From NCBI GenBank assembly GCA_019239825.1, contig JAFAZK010000341.1, positions 31,570 through 95,569 of the forward strand: DNA of 64,000 nt, read 5' to 3'. The DNA is from Verrucomicrobiota bacterium (lineage in GTDB: Bacteria > Verrucomicrobiota > Verrucomicrobiia > Chthoniobacterales > JAFAMB01). Shown here piece after piece: positions 1 through 8,989 of the stretch; position 1 is the first letter of the stretch; the number at the start of each line of letters is the position of its first letter. The notes below the pieces were generated by a model. The model saw nothing but the letters and a program-made list of their open reading frames with translations. It did not search any database and had not been told where the DNA came from. The position numbers and the translations under genes were made by a program.

Positions 1-890
1 TCCGCTTCAGGCGAGGTTAAGACTCGCAAATGTTCAGGCCGTATACCTAGGCGAAGCGCGGTTCGATTTGAGCCAGGCACCGACTCGGGTTCCGCTATTT
101 TTACCGGGAACGGGAACAGGTCTGACTGTAACCGGCCCCCTTCGGCAGGATTAAATGGGTGCTCGAGAAAACTCATTCCTGGGCTACCCAAAAACCAACC
201 GCCGAAGCTTTGTTTGGGATGATTGTAAATCTGTCGCGGCGCGTCCTGCTGCAAAACCTCGCCGTCTTTCAGCAAAACAATCTGATCCGCCAGAGTCATC
301 GCCTCGTTCTGATCATGCGTGACATAAATGATGGTCTGGCGCACTCGCTCGGTGATTTTTTTCAGATCTTGTTTAAGACGAAATTTCGATTCCGGATCGA
401 CGTTGGTTATCGGCTCGTCGAAAAGGATGATTGACGATCGCCGCGCCACTGCTCTGGCGAAGGCTACTCTCTGCCGCGTTCCATTGTCGAACCGCTCAGG
501 ATCCATTTTCAGGCTCCGCTCCAATCCCAACAGACCGATCGCATTCTCGACCCGAGCGGTGAGTTCCTGCTTGGAGAGCTTTTGCTCGCGTAGCGGTAAA
601 GCAATGTTCTCGAACACGCTTAAACCTCGGTAAATTACCGGGTATTGAAACACCATTGCTATGTCCCTCCGACGCGCAGGCCATCCAGTTACGTCCCGAT
701 CCCCAATTGAAATCGTGCCCGAGGTAGGCGTTTCTAGTCCGGCGATGATTCGTAAGAGTGTCGTCTTTCCACACCCGGATGGACCCAGCAAACACGTCGT
801 GGTGTGTTCAGGAAAGTGTAAGGAGACATCCTTTACCGCATTGAAGCTGCCGAAAGATTTCGTGATACCCGCTAATTTGACCTCAGCCAT
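1..890 (-). CDS. ABC transporter ATP-binding protein (importer NBD, 3' end beyond window edge)
   Basis: Manual minus-strand translation from ATG at 890-888: MAEVKLAGITKSFGSFNAVKDVSLHF..LLGPSGCGKTTLLRIIAGLE (Walker A), IILFDEP (Walker B), IIYVTHDQ (H-loop). The signature position reads FDNGT instead of LSGGQ. The frame stays open to nt 1, so it is absent from the ORF track. Confidence 0.9.
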   Translation of the reverse strand, partial: MAEVKLAGITKSFGSFNAVKDVSLHFPEHTTTCLLGPSGCGKTTLLRIIAGLETPTSGTISIGDRDVTGWPARRRDIAMVFQYPVIYRGLSVFENIALPLREQKLSKQELTARVENAIGLLGLERSLKMDPERFDNGTRQRVAFARAVARRSSIILFDEPITNVDPESKFRLKQDLKKITERVRQTIIYVTHDQNEAMTLADQIVLLKDGEVLQQDAPRQIYNHPKQSFGGWFLGSPGMSFLEHPFNPAEGGRLQSDLFPFPVKIAEPESVPGSNRTALRLGIRPEHLRVLTSPEA

Positions 891-902
891 TCTTCATTGT
901 TC

Positions 903-1997
903 CTAAACTAAGGCTCCAGCCGATTTTATTCCCGTAACCCGGGTTCCGTTTGCAGCATCGAATACGTGCATCGAGTTCGGGTCTACGCCGAATTCAAATT
1001 GATCTTCTTGTATCGGCGCCGGTTCCCCGTTTGACCAAAATCCGACGAAGCGCGATCCGCCCGCTTCAAAATACAACAGAGTCTCGGCGCCAAGGTCCTC
1101 CCTCAATAACACCCGTCCATTGCCCAGCAGATAGGATGACCCAAAATCCTGAAATCGGATGTCTTCTGCCCTGATACCAATCCGCACCGGTCGTGTGGCT
1201 GTCGCTTCTTCAGTCACGTCGATTTCGCATTCACCTAGGGGCGTACGACAAATTCGACCAGTTAACTCAGCCTCAATGAAGTTCGCCGGCGGTGCGCCCA
1301 GAATCTGTAAGGTCCTTGCCTGCCGAGGCTCCTCATAAAGTTGATCGAGACTGCCTGACTCGATGATTCGGTGATCATCGAGCACGAACACATCATCCGC
1401 TAAAGCCAATGTCTCGAGTGGATCTGACGTGCTGTAAATCACACTTCCCTCGACCTCGGAAAGCATATCCCGGAGGTCGATAAATAGGCTTTCTCTGAGT
1501 TTAAAATCTAAGCCTACCAAAGGGTCATCGAGAATGAAAACAGACGAATCCTTTATCATCCCCCGGGCCAGGGCCACGCGTTGCTTTTCTCCGCCACTCA
1601 ACTGGTTCGGGTACTTCGAGAGCAGATGATCGATTCGCAGCTTTTTGGCTACCTTTTCAACCCGGGCTTGGAGATCCGTCTTCTTCTTCGCAAGGATCAG
1701 TGGATAGGCGATGTTATCGAAGACCCGATAATGCGGGTATAAAGCGAACGACTGGGGAACGTAACCGAAATTCCGGAGGCCGGCTGGCTGCGCCGTGACA
1801 TCTTGTCCCCGATAAATCACCCGGCCGTTATCCGGCGGTTCCAAGCCCATAATAAGGCGCATCAGAACGGACTTACCGGAAACCGGTGAGCCCAGAACAA
1901 CCGAGAATCGGCCTCGCTCAAATCGAAGATTCACTCCGTCGAGAACCGATTCCGAGCCGTAGCTTTTCCTTATGTTTTCCAGCTCTACTTCAAACAT
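903..1997 (-). CDS. ABC transporter ATP-binding protein, MalK/UgpC-like with C-terminal regulatory-type domain
   Basis: 364-aa ORF with GSPVSGKS Walker A, Q-loop YVPQSF and LSGGEKQRVALARG signature. Walker B is FILDDP (Asp for catalytic Glu) and the H-loop is YSTSDP (Ser for His). Confidence 0.92.
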   Translation of the reverse strand: MFEVELENIRKSYGSESVLDGVNLRFERGRFSVVLGSPVSGKSVLMRLIMGLEPPDNGRVIYRGQDVTAQPAGLRNFGYVPQSFALYPHYRVFDNIAYPLILAKKKTDLQARVEKVAKKLRIDHLLSKYPNQLSGGEKQRVALARGMIKDSSVFILDDPLVGLDFKLRESLFIDLRDMLSEVEGSVIYSTSDPLETLALADDVFVLDDHRIIESGSLDQLYEEPRQARTLQILGAPPANFIEAELTGRICRTPLGECEIDVTEEATATRPVRIGIRAEDIRFQDFGSSYLLGNGRVLLREDLGAETLLYFEAGGSRFVGFWSNGEPAPIQEDQFEFGVDPNSMHVFDAANGTRVTGIKSAGALV

Positions 1998-2015
1998 TCA
2001 CAGCCTTGCCTTTAC

Positions 2016-2309
2016 TCAATCACCGCGGCCCAATTGAGCCAGATACGGAACTAAAAGAATGCCGATTGCGAAGACAGCGGCAACGATGACTAGACCGAGC
2101 ACCAGACGGACCAGAGTACCGAACAGCCGAGTCTGAGGTGGAATATTCCCAGCAACCACCTGCAGCAGCGAAAACCCGATTAACAAAAGAAGGCCATACC
2201 CATAGACATCGACAGATTGGTTCTGGGCGATCAGTAGAAAAGCCAGAATCATCCCTACGAGCAGGACGATTTGAAGCTGGCTGGCAAATGGAAGGCGGAA
2301 AAATCCCAT
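2016..2309 (-). CDS. Small integral membrane protein (DUF2160-like, from memory) embedded in the ABC operon
   Basis: Hydrophobic 97-aa product from ATG 2309 (MGFFRLPFASQLQIVLLVGMILAF..). GAGGAGAGG lies 7-15 nt upstream. The start is 4 nt after the permease stop and the gene sits between the permease and ATPase genes. Confidence 0.6.
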   Translation of the reverse strand: MGFFRLPFASQLQIVLLVGMILAFLLIAQNQSVDVYGYGLLLLIGFSLLQVVAGNIPPQTRLFGTLVRLVLGLVIVAAVFAIGILLVPYLAQLGRGD

Positions 2310-2313
2310 AGAC

Positions 2314-3165
2314 CTAAACCTCTCCTCGAACAGTGCCAAACGTCATGCCAACCAAAAGATATTTTTGGAAGAAATAAAGGGCAACCACGGGCGGCACCAG
2401 GTAGATGGCGCCAAGCGACGCCACGAAAGTCCAATCAACCCCACCTTCGTGCACCGAATCGGATACCAACAAGGTCGGTATCATGGTTGTCTGCTTGCCG
2501 CCGAGAATGAAATTAAAGAGGAATTCGTTCCAAACGAAAATCATGTTGAAGACGAAGGCGGCGATTAAGCCAGGTTTCACCTGCGGTAGAATGACTTTGA
2601 AAATGATATGAAAGCGGGAAGCGTTGTTCGCCAGACCGGTTTCATCAAAACGGACGGAAACGCCGTCCATGAATCCCTTCAAGATCCAAAGCGAAAACGG
2701 GATACTGAACATCGCGTAGAAAAACGTCATCGGCCAAAAGGAATCCTTCCATCCCAGAGCCGCGTACATGAGGTAGACCGGCACCACCACGGCCGCCCCC
2801 GGCACCATGCGGATCGATAGAATCAAAAACAGAATGAAATCACTTCCGACGATCTTGAATCGAGATAAGGCGTAGGCCGCCAAGAACGAGACGACGATGG
2901 CGATCCCAACCGATGACAAAGAAATGGTTAAACTGTTAAAGAAGGTGGGCCAGAAATTGTCGCGATGAAACAAGCCGATGAAGTTTTCCAGCGTGGGCCG
3001 GAAAAACCAGACCGGCGGCGTCGCCAATAACTCGTTCTTCGTCTTAAAAGCCGATAGAATGATCCAGAGGACCGGGAAAAAATAGATCAGAACGATTATC
3101 CAAAGAACCGTGTAATAAAGAGTGCTTTTCCAGTGGCGGTTGGCCACAGCCTTTTGCCCGTTCAT
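2314..3165 (-). CDS. ABC transporter permease (MalG/UgpE-like)
   Basis: Start taken at MNGQKAVANRHWKSTLYYTVLWIIVLIYFFPVLWIIL. Its ATG overlaps the upstream stop as ATGA (3162-3165). Multi-TM protein with an EAA-type loop region. Confidence 0.88.
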   Translation of the reverse strand: MNGQKAVANRHWKSTLYYTVLWIIVLIYFFPVLWIILSAFKTKNELLATPPVWFFRPTLENFIGLFHRDNFWPTFFNSLTISLSSVGIAIVVSFLAAYALSRFKIVGSDFILFLILSIRMVPGAAVVVPVYLMYAALGWKDSFWPMTFFYAMFSIPFSLWILKGFMDGVSVRFDETGLANNASRFHIIFKVILPQVKPGLIAAFVFNMIFVWNEFLFNFILGGKQTTMIPTLLVSDSVHEGGVDWTFVASLGAIYLVPPVVALYFFQKYLLVGMTFGTVRGEV

Positions 3166-4058
3166 TTGAGAGCTCTCCTGCGCTTTTGCAGATTGAGGAT
3201 GTAAAGAAAGATCGCAGTGAAAGCGATGGCGGTTAGCAAGGTGATCACCGCCAAACCGGAGGTCCATCCCATGGTAAGCGCGTCGAACGCTTTTCGGTAG
3301 ATCATAACGCCGATCACTTCTGTGGTTCCGCCTGGACCGCCTCGAGTGAGCTGATAGACCAGATCGGTCACCTTGAACGCATCAATGGTCCGGAGGATGA
3401 TGCCCAGCATGATGATGAACCGGGCATGGGGTAGAATCACATAACGAAACCGCCGCCAAATGCTGAGGCGGTCTACCTCAGCCGCTTCTAATTCCGCGGA
3501 AGGAACTGACCCCAGCGCGGCTAACGTGATCAAGAGCATGAAGGGCGTCCACATCCACACATCCACCGCCAATAAAGCGACAAAAGCCCATCCTTCGGTA
3601 CCCAGATAATCGAGGGTGTGTCCGGTAAATAGTCGCGTGAAATAGCCAAAGATCCCAAAGGTCGGATCGTAATTGAGTCGAAAAAAAGTGCCGATCGCAG
3701 CCGGGGTCAAAATCATTGGCGAGAAAAGCAGGGTCAAGGCCAGCCGGCGGCCGGGCATCTTGCTGCTGCGCCAAAACAATACCCCCAAGATCCCCCCAAA
3801 CAGCGTCGTCAAACCGACGCTGAAGATGACAAACGTGAAGGTCCGGCTCATGGCCAGCCATACATCCACGCTATCCAGATAGTCGGTGTAGTTATCGAAT
3901 CCGACGAAACGCGGCGGCCGGCCAAGATTCAACGAGTAGTTGTAAAAGCTCATTCCCACCATCCAGAACAACGGCATGATGTTCCAGATAGCGAAAAAGA
4001 TGAGCGTCGGCGTCAGCAGTAACCAGGGATAAAGCTTTGAGTTCTCGATCCTACGCAT
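3162..4058 (-). CDS. ABC transporter permease (MalF/UgpA-like)
   Basis: 298-aa ORF, six predicted TM segments, typical carbohydrate-importer permease sequence (..SAELEAAEVDRLSIWRRFRYVILP..). Confidence 0.9.
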   Translation of the reverse strand: MRRIENSKLYPWLLLTPTLIFFAIWNIMPLFWMVGMSFYNYSLNLGRPPRFVGFDNYTDYLDSVDVWLAMSRTFTFVIFSVGLTTLFGGILGVLFWRSSKMPGRRLALTLLFSPMILTPAAIGTFFRLNYDPTFGIFGYFTRLFTGHTLDYLGTEGWAFVALLAVDVWMWTPFMLLITLAALGSVPSAELEAAEVDRLSIWRRFRYVILPHARFIIMLGIILRTIDAFKVTDLVYQLTRGGPGGTTEVIGVMIYRKAFDALTMGWTSGLAVITLLTAIAFTAIFLYILNLQKRRRALK

Positions 4059-4076
4059 GTCATACCCAAATCTTTC

Positions 4077-4104
4077 GTAGGGATGAGCTCCTGCTCATCC
4101 CTAC
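4077..4104 (-). promoter_or_regulatory. Intercistronic perfect 12-bp stem-loop between the binding-protein and permease genes
   Basis: GTAGGGATGAGC-tcct-GCTCATCCCTAC. No U-tract follows on the transcribed strand, so a processing or stability element is more likely than a full terminator. Confidence 0.45.
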
Positions 4105-4114
4105 CACATCGTTC

Positions 4115-5545
4115 CTAGTTCAACTGCAACTTCAAGTAAGCAGGATTCGCTTTCTTCTTGGTATCGCCCAACTCGTGAAAGACTTGCTGTTGCCGGGCCG
4201 CCGCCCAATGCAACGCTTTCATCGGATCATTCATTGCCCCGGTGACATAGCTGCAGAACGCTTCCTGCTGAATGGCTAGCAGCTCGGCATACTTGGGTGA
4301 ATGATAGAAGTCGCGATTGAATGGGATCATATACTTCATGGCCCGGTTCCACGGATTGATCGCGTCAAAGCTCGGATCTTCCAACACTTCTTTAACCGCC
4401 GGGTTTCCCCCCTTCTTCGCAAACTCCAATTGGGTCTCCGGTAGATACCACAATTTCAGAAAGTCGAAGATGGCCAGCTTCTGCTCTGGCGTGGCCTAGT
4501 TGTTAACGACCCAGGCTTGACCCCCGATGCAGTAAAGGCGTTTGATCGTTCCGTCGGCTTGTTTGATGCCGGGCGGCGGGACCACCATGACCTTGTCCCG
4601 GTTCTGATCGGTGATCATCGCCAATCCAACTGCCGCCCACATGATGGAGGTAGCGGTTTTGCCCTGCGTAAACGCGTCGATGTTTTCTGCGATGCCGTAA
4701 TTGAGCGCTCCTGGTGGCTCATACTGCACGAAGGTCTTTTGGTACTCCATCGCTTTGGCGTTTATATCGGTATCCAGATAGCCCTCGGTATCATGCGTCT
4801 TGGGATCCCAGAACTCGCCTCCCATGGACCACATGAATGGGTACACGTACATGCTTTGGAAATCGTACTCCTTGGAGTGTTGGAACACGGTTCCGTACAG
4901 ATTCTTGTCCGGCCGCGTGAAAAACTTAGAAATCTTAGCGAATTCGTCGAAATCGACCTTCTCCCAATCTTCAAAGGTCTGGGGTAGATCGTTTCCAGTC
5001 AGCTGTTTGTAGGCCTCGCGTTCTTTAGGATCTTGGAAGAGGTCTTTTCTCACGAACAACGCTTCGACATCGGTCTCCTGCGGCAAAGCCACGTGTTGCC
5101 CGGAGTTGTCCGGGTATTCCATGTACGACGTCTCTAAAACCGGGTTGTACCATTGCAGCTTGCTCAGAACCGGATCGCTCTTGATGATCGGATCGAGTTT
5201 GACGATCCACCCGGGCTCTGTGAATGCGCCTAGCCATTGGCTGTCACTCACAATCAAGCTGTACTCGTTCGATTTGGTAGCCAGAGAAGCCGCCGCTTTT
5301 TGGAATAAGGCGCCAAAGGGAGCATCCGCGTACGTGCAAGTAACATCGTAGCCATACTTTTCTTTGGCGTACCTGGCGAACTCGGGAAACATATCAGAGG
5401 GCAGCTTACTGGGAAGCCAGCCGGCGACGCCCAAGATGGCGAGTTTAATTTGTTTGCCTTTTAAATCGAGGTGGTTGGTCTGGGCTGGCAAAGAGCCAGC
5501 CGTCATTAAGCCAAGCGACAGGAGAGAAACGAAAACGCGCCTCAT
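4115..5545 (-). pseudogene. Extracellular solute-binding protein of the ABC importer, interrupted by one in-frame TAG (4496-4498)
   Basis: The 349-aa ORF (signal peptide MRRVFVSLLSLGLMTAGSLPAQ) ends ..GGQAWVVNN-TAG. The same frame continues ATPEQKLAIFDFLKLWYLPETQLEFAKKGG.. into the 112-aa ORF. The two parts together make about 475 aa, a normal length for this protein type. Confidence 0.6.
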
Positions 5546-5756
5546 AGGTTCTGGGGATTAAATTAAATTTGGTACGATTTAAACGGCTTACTACAACGTT
5601 TTAGTAAAACTAGTCAAACAAATCATTTATTTTGATTGAAACTCGTAAACTGGAAATTTTGACAACCCCGTCGGACCGGTGTTTAAGGTCTCGACTGGAT
5701 TTATCCCAAGGCGGTTAACGCCTCCTCTCAGAGTTCCGCAAACCCGTTTCTATTTT

Positions 5757-6767
5757 ATGCAGCGCATCATTAATGACCCAACGCTTGTCGTCGAAGACAT
5801 GCTCCAAGGCTTTACTAAAGCCTATCCGCATTTGGTGGCGAAAACCGAGAACCCGCGTGTCCTTAAATTTGCCGGTGCTCCGGTCGCAAACAAGGTCGGT
5901 ATTGTGACCGGCGGCGGTTCGGGACATAAACCGGCGTTTATCGGTTACGTCGGGAAAAATCTTTGCGACGCCGTTGCGGTCGGCGAAATTTTCACTTCAC
6001 CCTCCGCTCAAGCATTTCTGGATGCGTTCAAGGCCGCCGACAGCGGCAAAGGCGTTGCCTGTCTTTATGGAAATTATGCCGGAGACAACTTGAATGTAAA
6101 AATGGCGAAACAACTCGCTGAACTTGATGGCATCCAAGTTAAGACCGTGATCGCGAACGACGATGTGCCTTCAGCCCCCAAAGCGGAGCGGGAGAAACGC
6201 CGGGGTGTCGCTGGCGAAGTGCTGATGTGGAAAGTTGGCGGAGCAAAAGCTGCGCTCGGGGGATCCCTCGATGAGGTCATCGCGGCCGCTCAAAAGGCAA
6301 TCGACAACTGCCGGAGCATCGGCGTCGGACTCACCCCCTGTACCATTCCGGCAGTCGGCAAACCAAATTTTCAGATCGAACCAGGCAAAATGGAAGTCGG
6401 TATCGGTCATCACGGGGAACCCGGTGTCGAAGTGACCGACTTAAAGTCAGCCGACGAAATCGCTAAGCTCTCGCTCGATCATATTCTTCCCGACCTGCCA
6501 TTTTCATCAGGCGATGACGTGGTCGCCCTGGTCTCCGGATTGGGAGCTACTCCGGTCATGGAGTTGTACATCGCGTACAGCAAAATATTCGACGTGCTGA
6601 AAGGGTCCGGAATCAACGTTTATCGATCCTACGTTGGGAATTACTTCACCTCTCTCGAGATGATGGGCATCACCATTACTTTAATGAAGTTGGACGACGA
6701 ATTGAAGACATTGGTAGACGTGGAATGCGAGAGCATGGGACTCACCCAGTTACAACGAAATGGCTAG
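5757..6767 (+). CDS. dhaK: Dihydroxyacetone kinase subunit DhaK
   Basis: From ATG 5757: MQRIINDPTLVVEDMLQGFTKAYPHLV..GIVTGGGSGHKPAF..; typical Dak1 domain. Confidence 0.9.
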   Translation: MQRIINDPTLVVEDMLQGFTKAYPHLVAKTENPRVLKFAGAPVANKVGIVTGGGSGHKPAFIGYVGKNLCDAVAVGEIFTSPSAQAFLDAFKAADSGKGVACLYGNYAGDNLNVKMAKQLAELDGIQVKTVIANDDVPSAPKAEREKRRGVAGEVLMWKVGGAKAALGGSLDEVIAAAQKAIDNCRSIGVGLTPCTIPAVGKPNFQIEPGKMEVGIGHHGEPGVEVTDLKSADEIAKLSLDHILPDLPFSSGDDVVALVSGLGATPVMELYIAYSKIFDVLKGSGINVYRSYVGNYFTSLEMMGITITLMKLDDELKTLVDVECESMGLTQLQRNG

Positions 6768-7401
6768 CGAATCTTACCCTCCAGCAGATGGACGCCCACT
6801 GGTCTTAGCCCTGGTCGAGACCATCGAGACAAACCGCGCTTATCTCAGTGAGATTGATGGGGCAATCGGCGATGGCGATCACGGCATCAACATGAGCAAG
6901 GGGTTTGCTATCGCCAAAACCCGTCTTGGTGAGCAGAACATTTCCGTTTCCGACGGACTGGCCCTGATCGGCAAAACCTTGATGAGCGAGATCGGGGGCG
7001 CCATGGGCCCGATCTACGGTACTCTTTTCATTCAGATGAGCATTCAGGCCAAAAACCAGCCTGCTATCGATGCTGAAGTATTTGGCGCCATGCTGGCTGC
7101 GGCTCGGAAAGGCGTTGAAGATCTCGGCGGCGCAAAACCTGGGGACAAGACCATCATGGACACCCTGGTCCCCGCCCAAGAAAAATACCAAAGTGCAATC
7201 GGCGCCGGATCAGAGTTCGTTCAAGCGCTTCAGCAGATGGCTGACGCCGCAGAACAAGGAAAAGAATCTACCCGTGAGTTAGTTGCTAAAATCGGCCGAG
7301 CCAGCCGCCTGGGCGAGCGCTCGAAAGGTACGCTAGATGCCGGCGCGACCTCGTGCGCGTTGATTTTGGGGACCTTCGCGAAGGTATTCTCGGCCGCCTG
7401 A
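6760..7401 (+). CDS. dhaL: Dihydroxyacetone kinase subunit DhaL (ADP/ATP-binding)
   Basis: Dak2 domain motif DGAIGDGDHGINMSKGF. Its start overlaps the dhaK stop (ATGGCTAG). Confidence 0.9.
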   Translation: MASESYPPADGRPLVLALVETIETNRAYLSEIDGAIGDGDHGINMSKGFAIAKTRLGEQNISVSDGLALIGKTLMSEIGGAMGPIYGTLFIQMSIQAKNQPAIDAEVFGAMLAAARKGVEDLGGAKPGDKTIMDTLVPAQEKYQSAIGAGSEFVQALQQMADAAEQGKESTRELVAKIGRASRLGERSKGTLDAGATSCALILGTFAKVFSAA

Positions 7402-7456
7402 GAAATTGCGGTTTTTGTGACCACGTGTTGGGTAGCGCGCAAAGGCCGGATGGCTT

Positions 7457-7538
<82 letters not shown>

Positions 7539-7640
7539 TCGAAAATGATTGTGACCGAGCAAACTGGTTTGGCGTCCCTCTACAACCTTAGAAATGACTT
7601 AGCTCCCACTCTGTCCGTCGAGCACGAGCACGAAACGAGG

Positions 7641-8135
7641 TTACTGCCCGTTGATCACGTATTCGTAGCGCGAGAGATAATACGGGCCAACGTCGCGGTA
7701 GCTGTGAAGGCGGAAACCGAATCGTTCATAAACAGTGCGGAGCTCCCGGCGGTCAGCCTCGCAGTCCAGACGAAGGTAAGAACGGTCTAAACCGGCAGCA
7801 TGGCTCGCCGCCCACTCCAACATCCTGCTCGAAACGCCTTGGCCCGCGAATTGGCGTCGCACGGCGATTCGATGCACGTAAGCGGCATCGTTCTCTGGGA
7901 AGTCTGGCCAGAAACGTGGGTCTTCCAATTGGAACTTAATGGTTCCGGCGGGTTCGCCGTCGTGATGGGCGAGATTGAATAGACCGGCGGCAACGTCCTG
8001 ATGAATTTGATCCGGATGGAGTTCATCATCGCGCCACATCGCGCGGCCGGTCATTCGCAGCCAGTCAGCTGCTTCTTTTAGAATGCCCGAAACAGTCGCG
8101 AGATCGGCCAGAGTCGCTTGCTTTATTACGATCAT
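7641..8135 (-). CDS. GNAT family N-acetyltransferase
   Basis: 164 aa with acetyl-CoA-binding type motif HRIAVRRQFAGQGVSSRML. Confidence 0.85.
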   Translation of the reverse strand: MIVIKQATLADLATVSGILKEAADWLRMTGRAMWRDDELHPDQIHQDVAAGLFNLAHHDGEPAGTIKFQLEDPRFWPDFPENDAAYVHRIAVRRQFAGQGVSSRMLEWAASHAAGLDRSYLRLDCEADRRELRTVYERFGFRLHSYRDVGPYYLSRYEYVINGQ

Positions 8136-8494
8136 CGTGGGTGCAGGATCAAAAAAATCTCACGCAAAGCGGACTTCCTCTGTCCTCCCATATCCCTTTA
8201 CCATGGCGGACAGGTCGCCCCATCTCCCCTCCAGCTACGTCAGCCAAGGGGCGCAAAGACGCAAAGGAATTTCGGATTGATGCGGCCGTGGACTCTTCAA
8301 TAACTAGTGGTCGGCTAGTAAGCGTTGGGACCAACACCGGGATGGGAGCCACCTTCATCCAACCTACGGTGTGACAAGACCTTATGGGACAAATAGGACT
8401 TATTAAAGCGCTCCGCAGATGACATGGCAACCGGATTTGAAACGATTTCATCGTTGCGCAGCGCCGATCCTCGTGTGAAGGGAAAGACGGGAAC

Positions 8495-8788
8495 ATGGAA
8501 GCTAAACAACAAGATAAAACTCAATCACCGGTTATCAGCTCGGGACGTCGCAGAAAAAAAGATCCAGCAGAAAATCTGTTGGCCCATCTTTCTCACGATA
8601 CCGGAGGGGTGCTTAAACTCTTGTGGTTCGCGGTCGGGTCGTTTTTGTCGTTCTTCGGAGCGGTGATGACGACCATGATACCGATGAACTCTCAGACGCG
8701 CTACCTCTGGCTCGCTTTCTGCCTAGTCACAGCCGCGGTCTCACTGGTCTTGATGATCAAGGCGCTATCGAAGCCGGTCGAAGAATAA
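8495..8788 (+). CDS. Hypothetical small membrane protein
   Basis: 97-aa ORF with two hydrophobic segments (LLWFAVGSFLSFFGAVMTTMI, LWLAFCLVTAAVSLVLMI). Weak RBS and no recognised family. Confidence 0.45.
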   Translation: MEAKQQDKTQSPVISSGRRRKKDPAENLLAHLSHDTGGVLKLLWFAVGSFLSFFGAVMTTMIPMNSQTRYLWLAFCLVTAAVSLVLMIKALSKPVEE

Positions 8789-8860
8789 ACAACTGCTTCC
8801 CCCCAGAAACTCTTTCTTTTTGCCGCTAGGCACTTAGCGGTCTAATCCTTCGGTTGTCAT

Positions 8861-8984
8861 CTTGGCCTGATCGTAGGAGTAATCAGTAATCAGTCGGTCA
8901 GTAATCAGTATTTTTGTCTTCTTCCGGATTTCAGAACTGATTACTGACACACTGATTACTGATTACTTCTACGATCAGGCCAAG
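8861..8984. repeat. Word-array palindrome (GTAATCAGT words), 49-nt arms, 26-nt loop
   Basis: The left arm 8861-8909 matches the reverse complement of 8936-8984 at 46 of 49 positions. The right arm ends 5 nt before the GNAT start codon. Confidence 0.95.
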
Positions 8985-8989
8985 ACGCA

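Noticed and set aside
605-616. TGTTCTCGAACA, a LexA-box-like palindrome
   Set aside because: It has N2 rather than N4 spacing and lies inside the coding sequence of an ABC ATPase. Probably a chance match.
4496-4498. TAG in the SBP gene as pyrrolysine or a reassigned stop
   Set aside because: TAG is used as an ordinary terminator by several well-defined genes here (dhaK 6765, lysR-type 19661, opgG 24275, ilvC 33572, proA 41847). No pyl genes were seen. A nonsense mutation or a sequencing error is simpler.
8136-8494. 359-bp divergent non-coding region as a possible sRNA, RNase P, SRP, tmRNA or 6S locus
   Set aside because: None of the hallmark motifs I can recall (for example GAGGAAAGTCC for RNase P or the SRP domain IV sequence) are present. 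The region contains only unpaired CGCAAAG and GGGACYTAT words. It is left unannotated.
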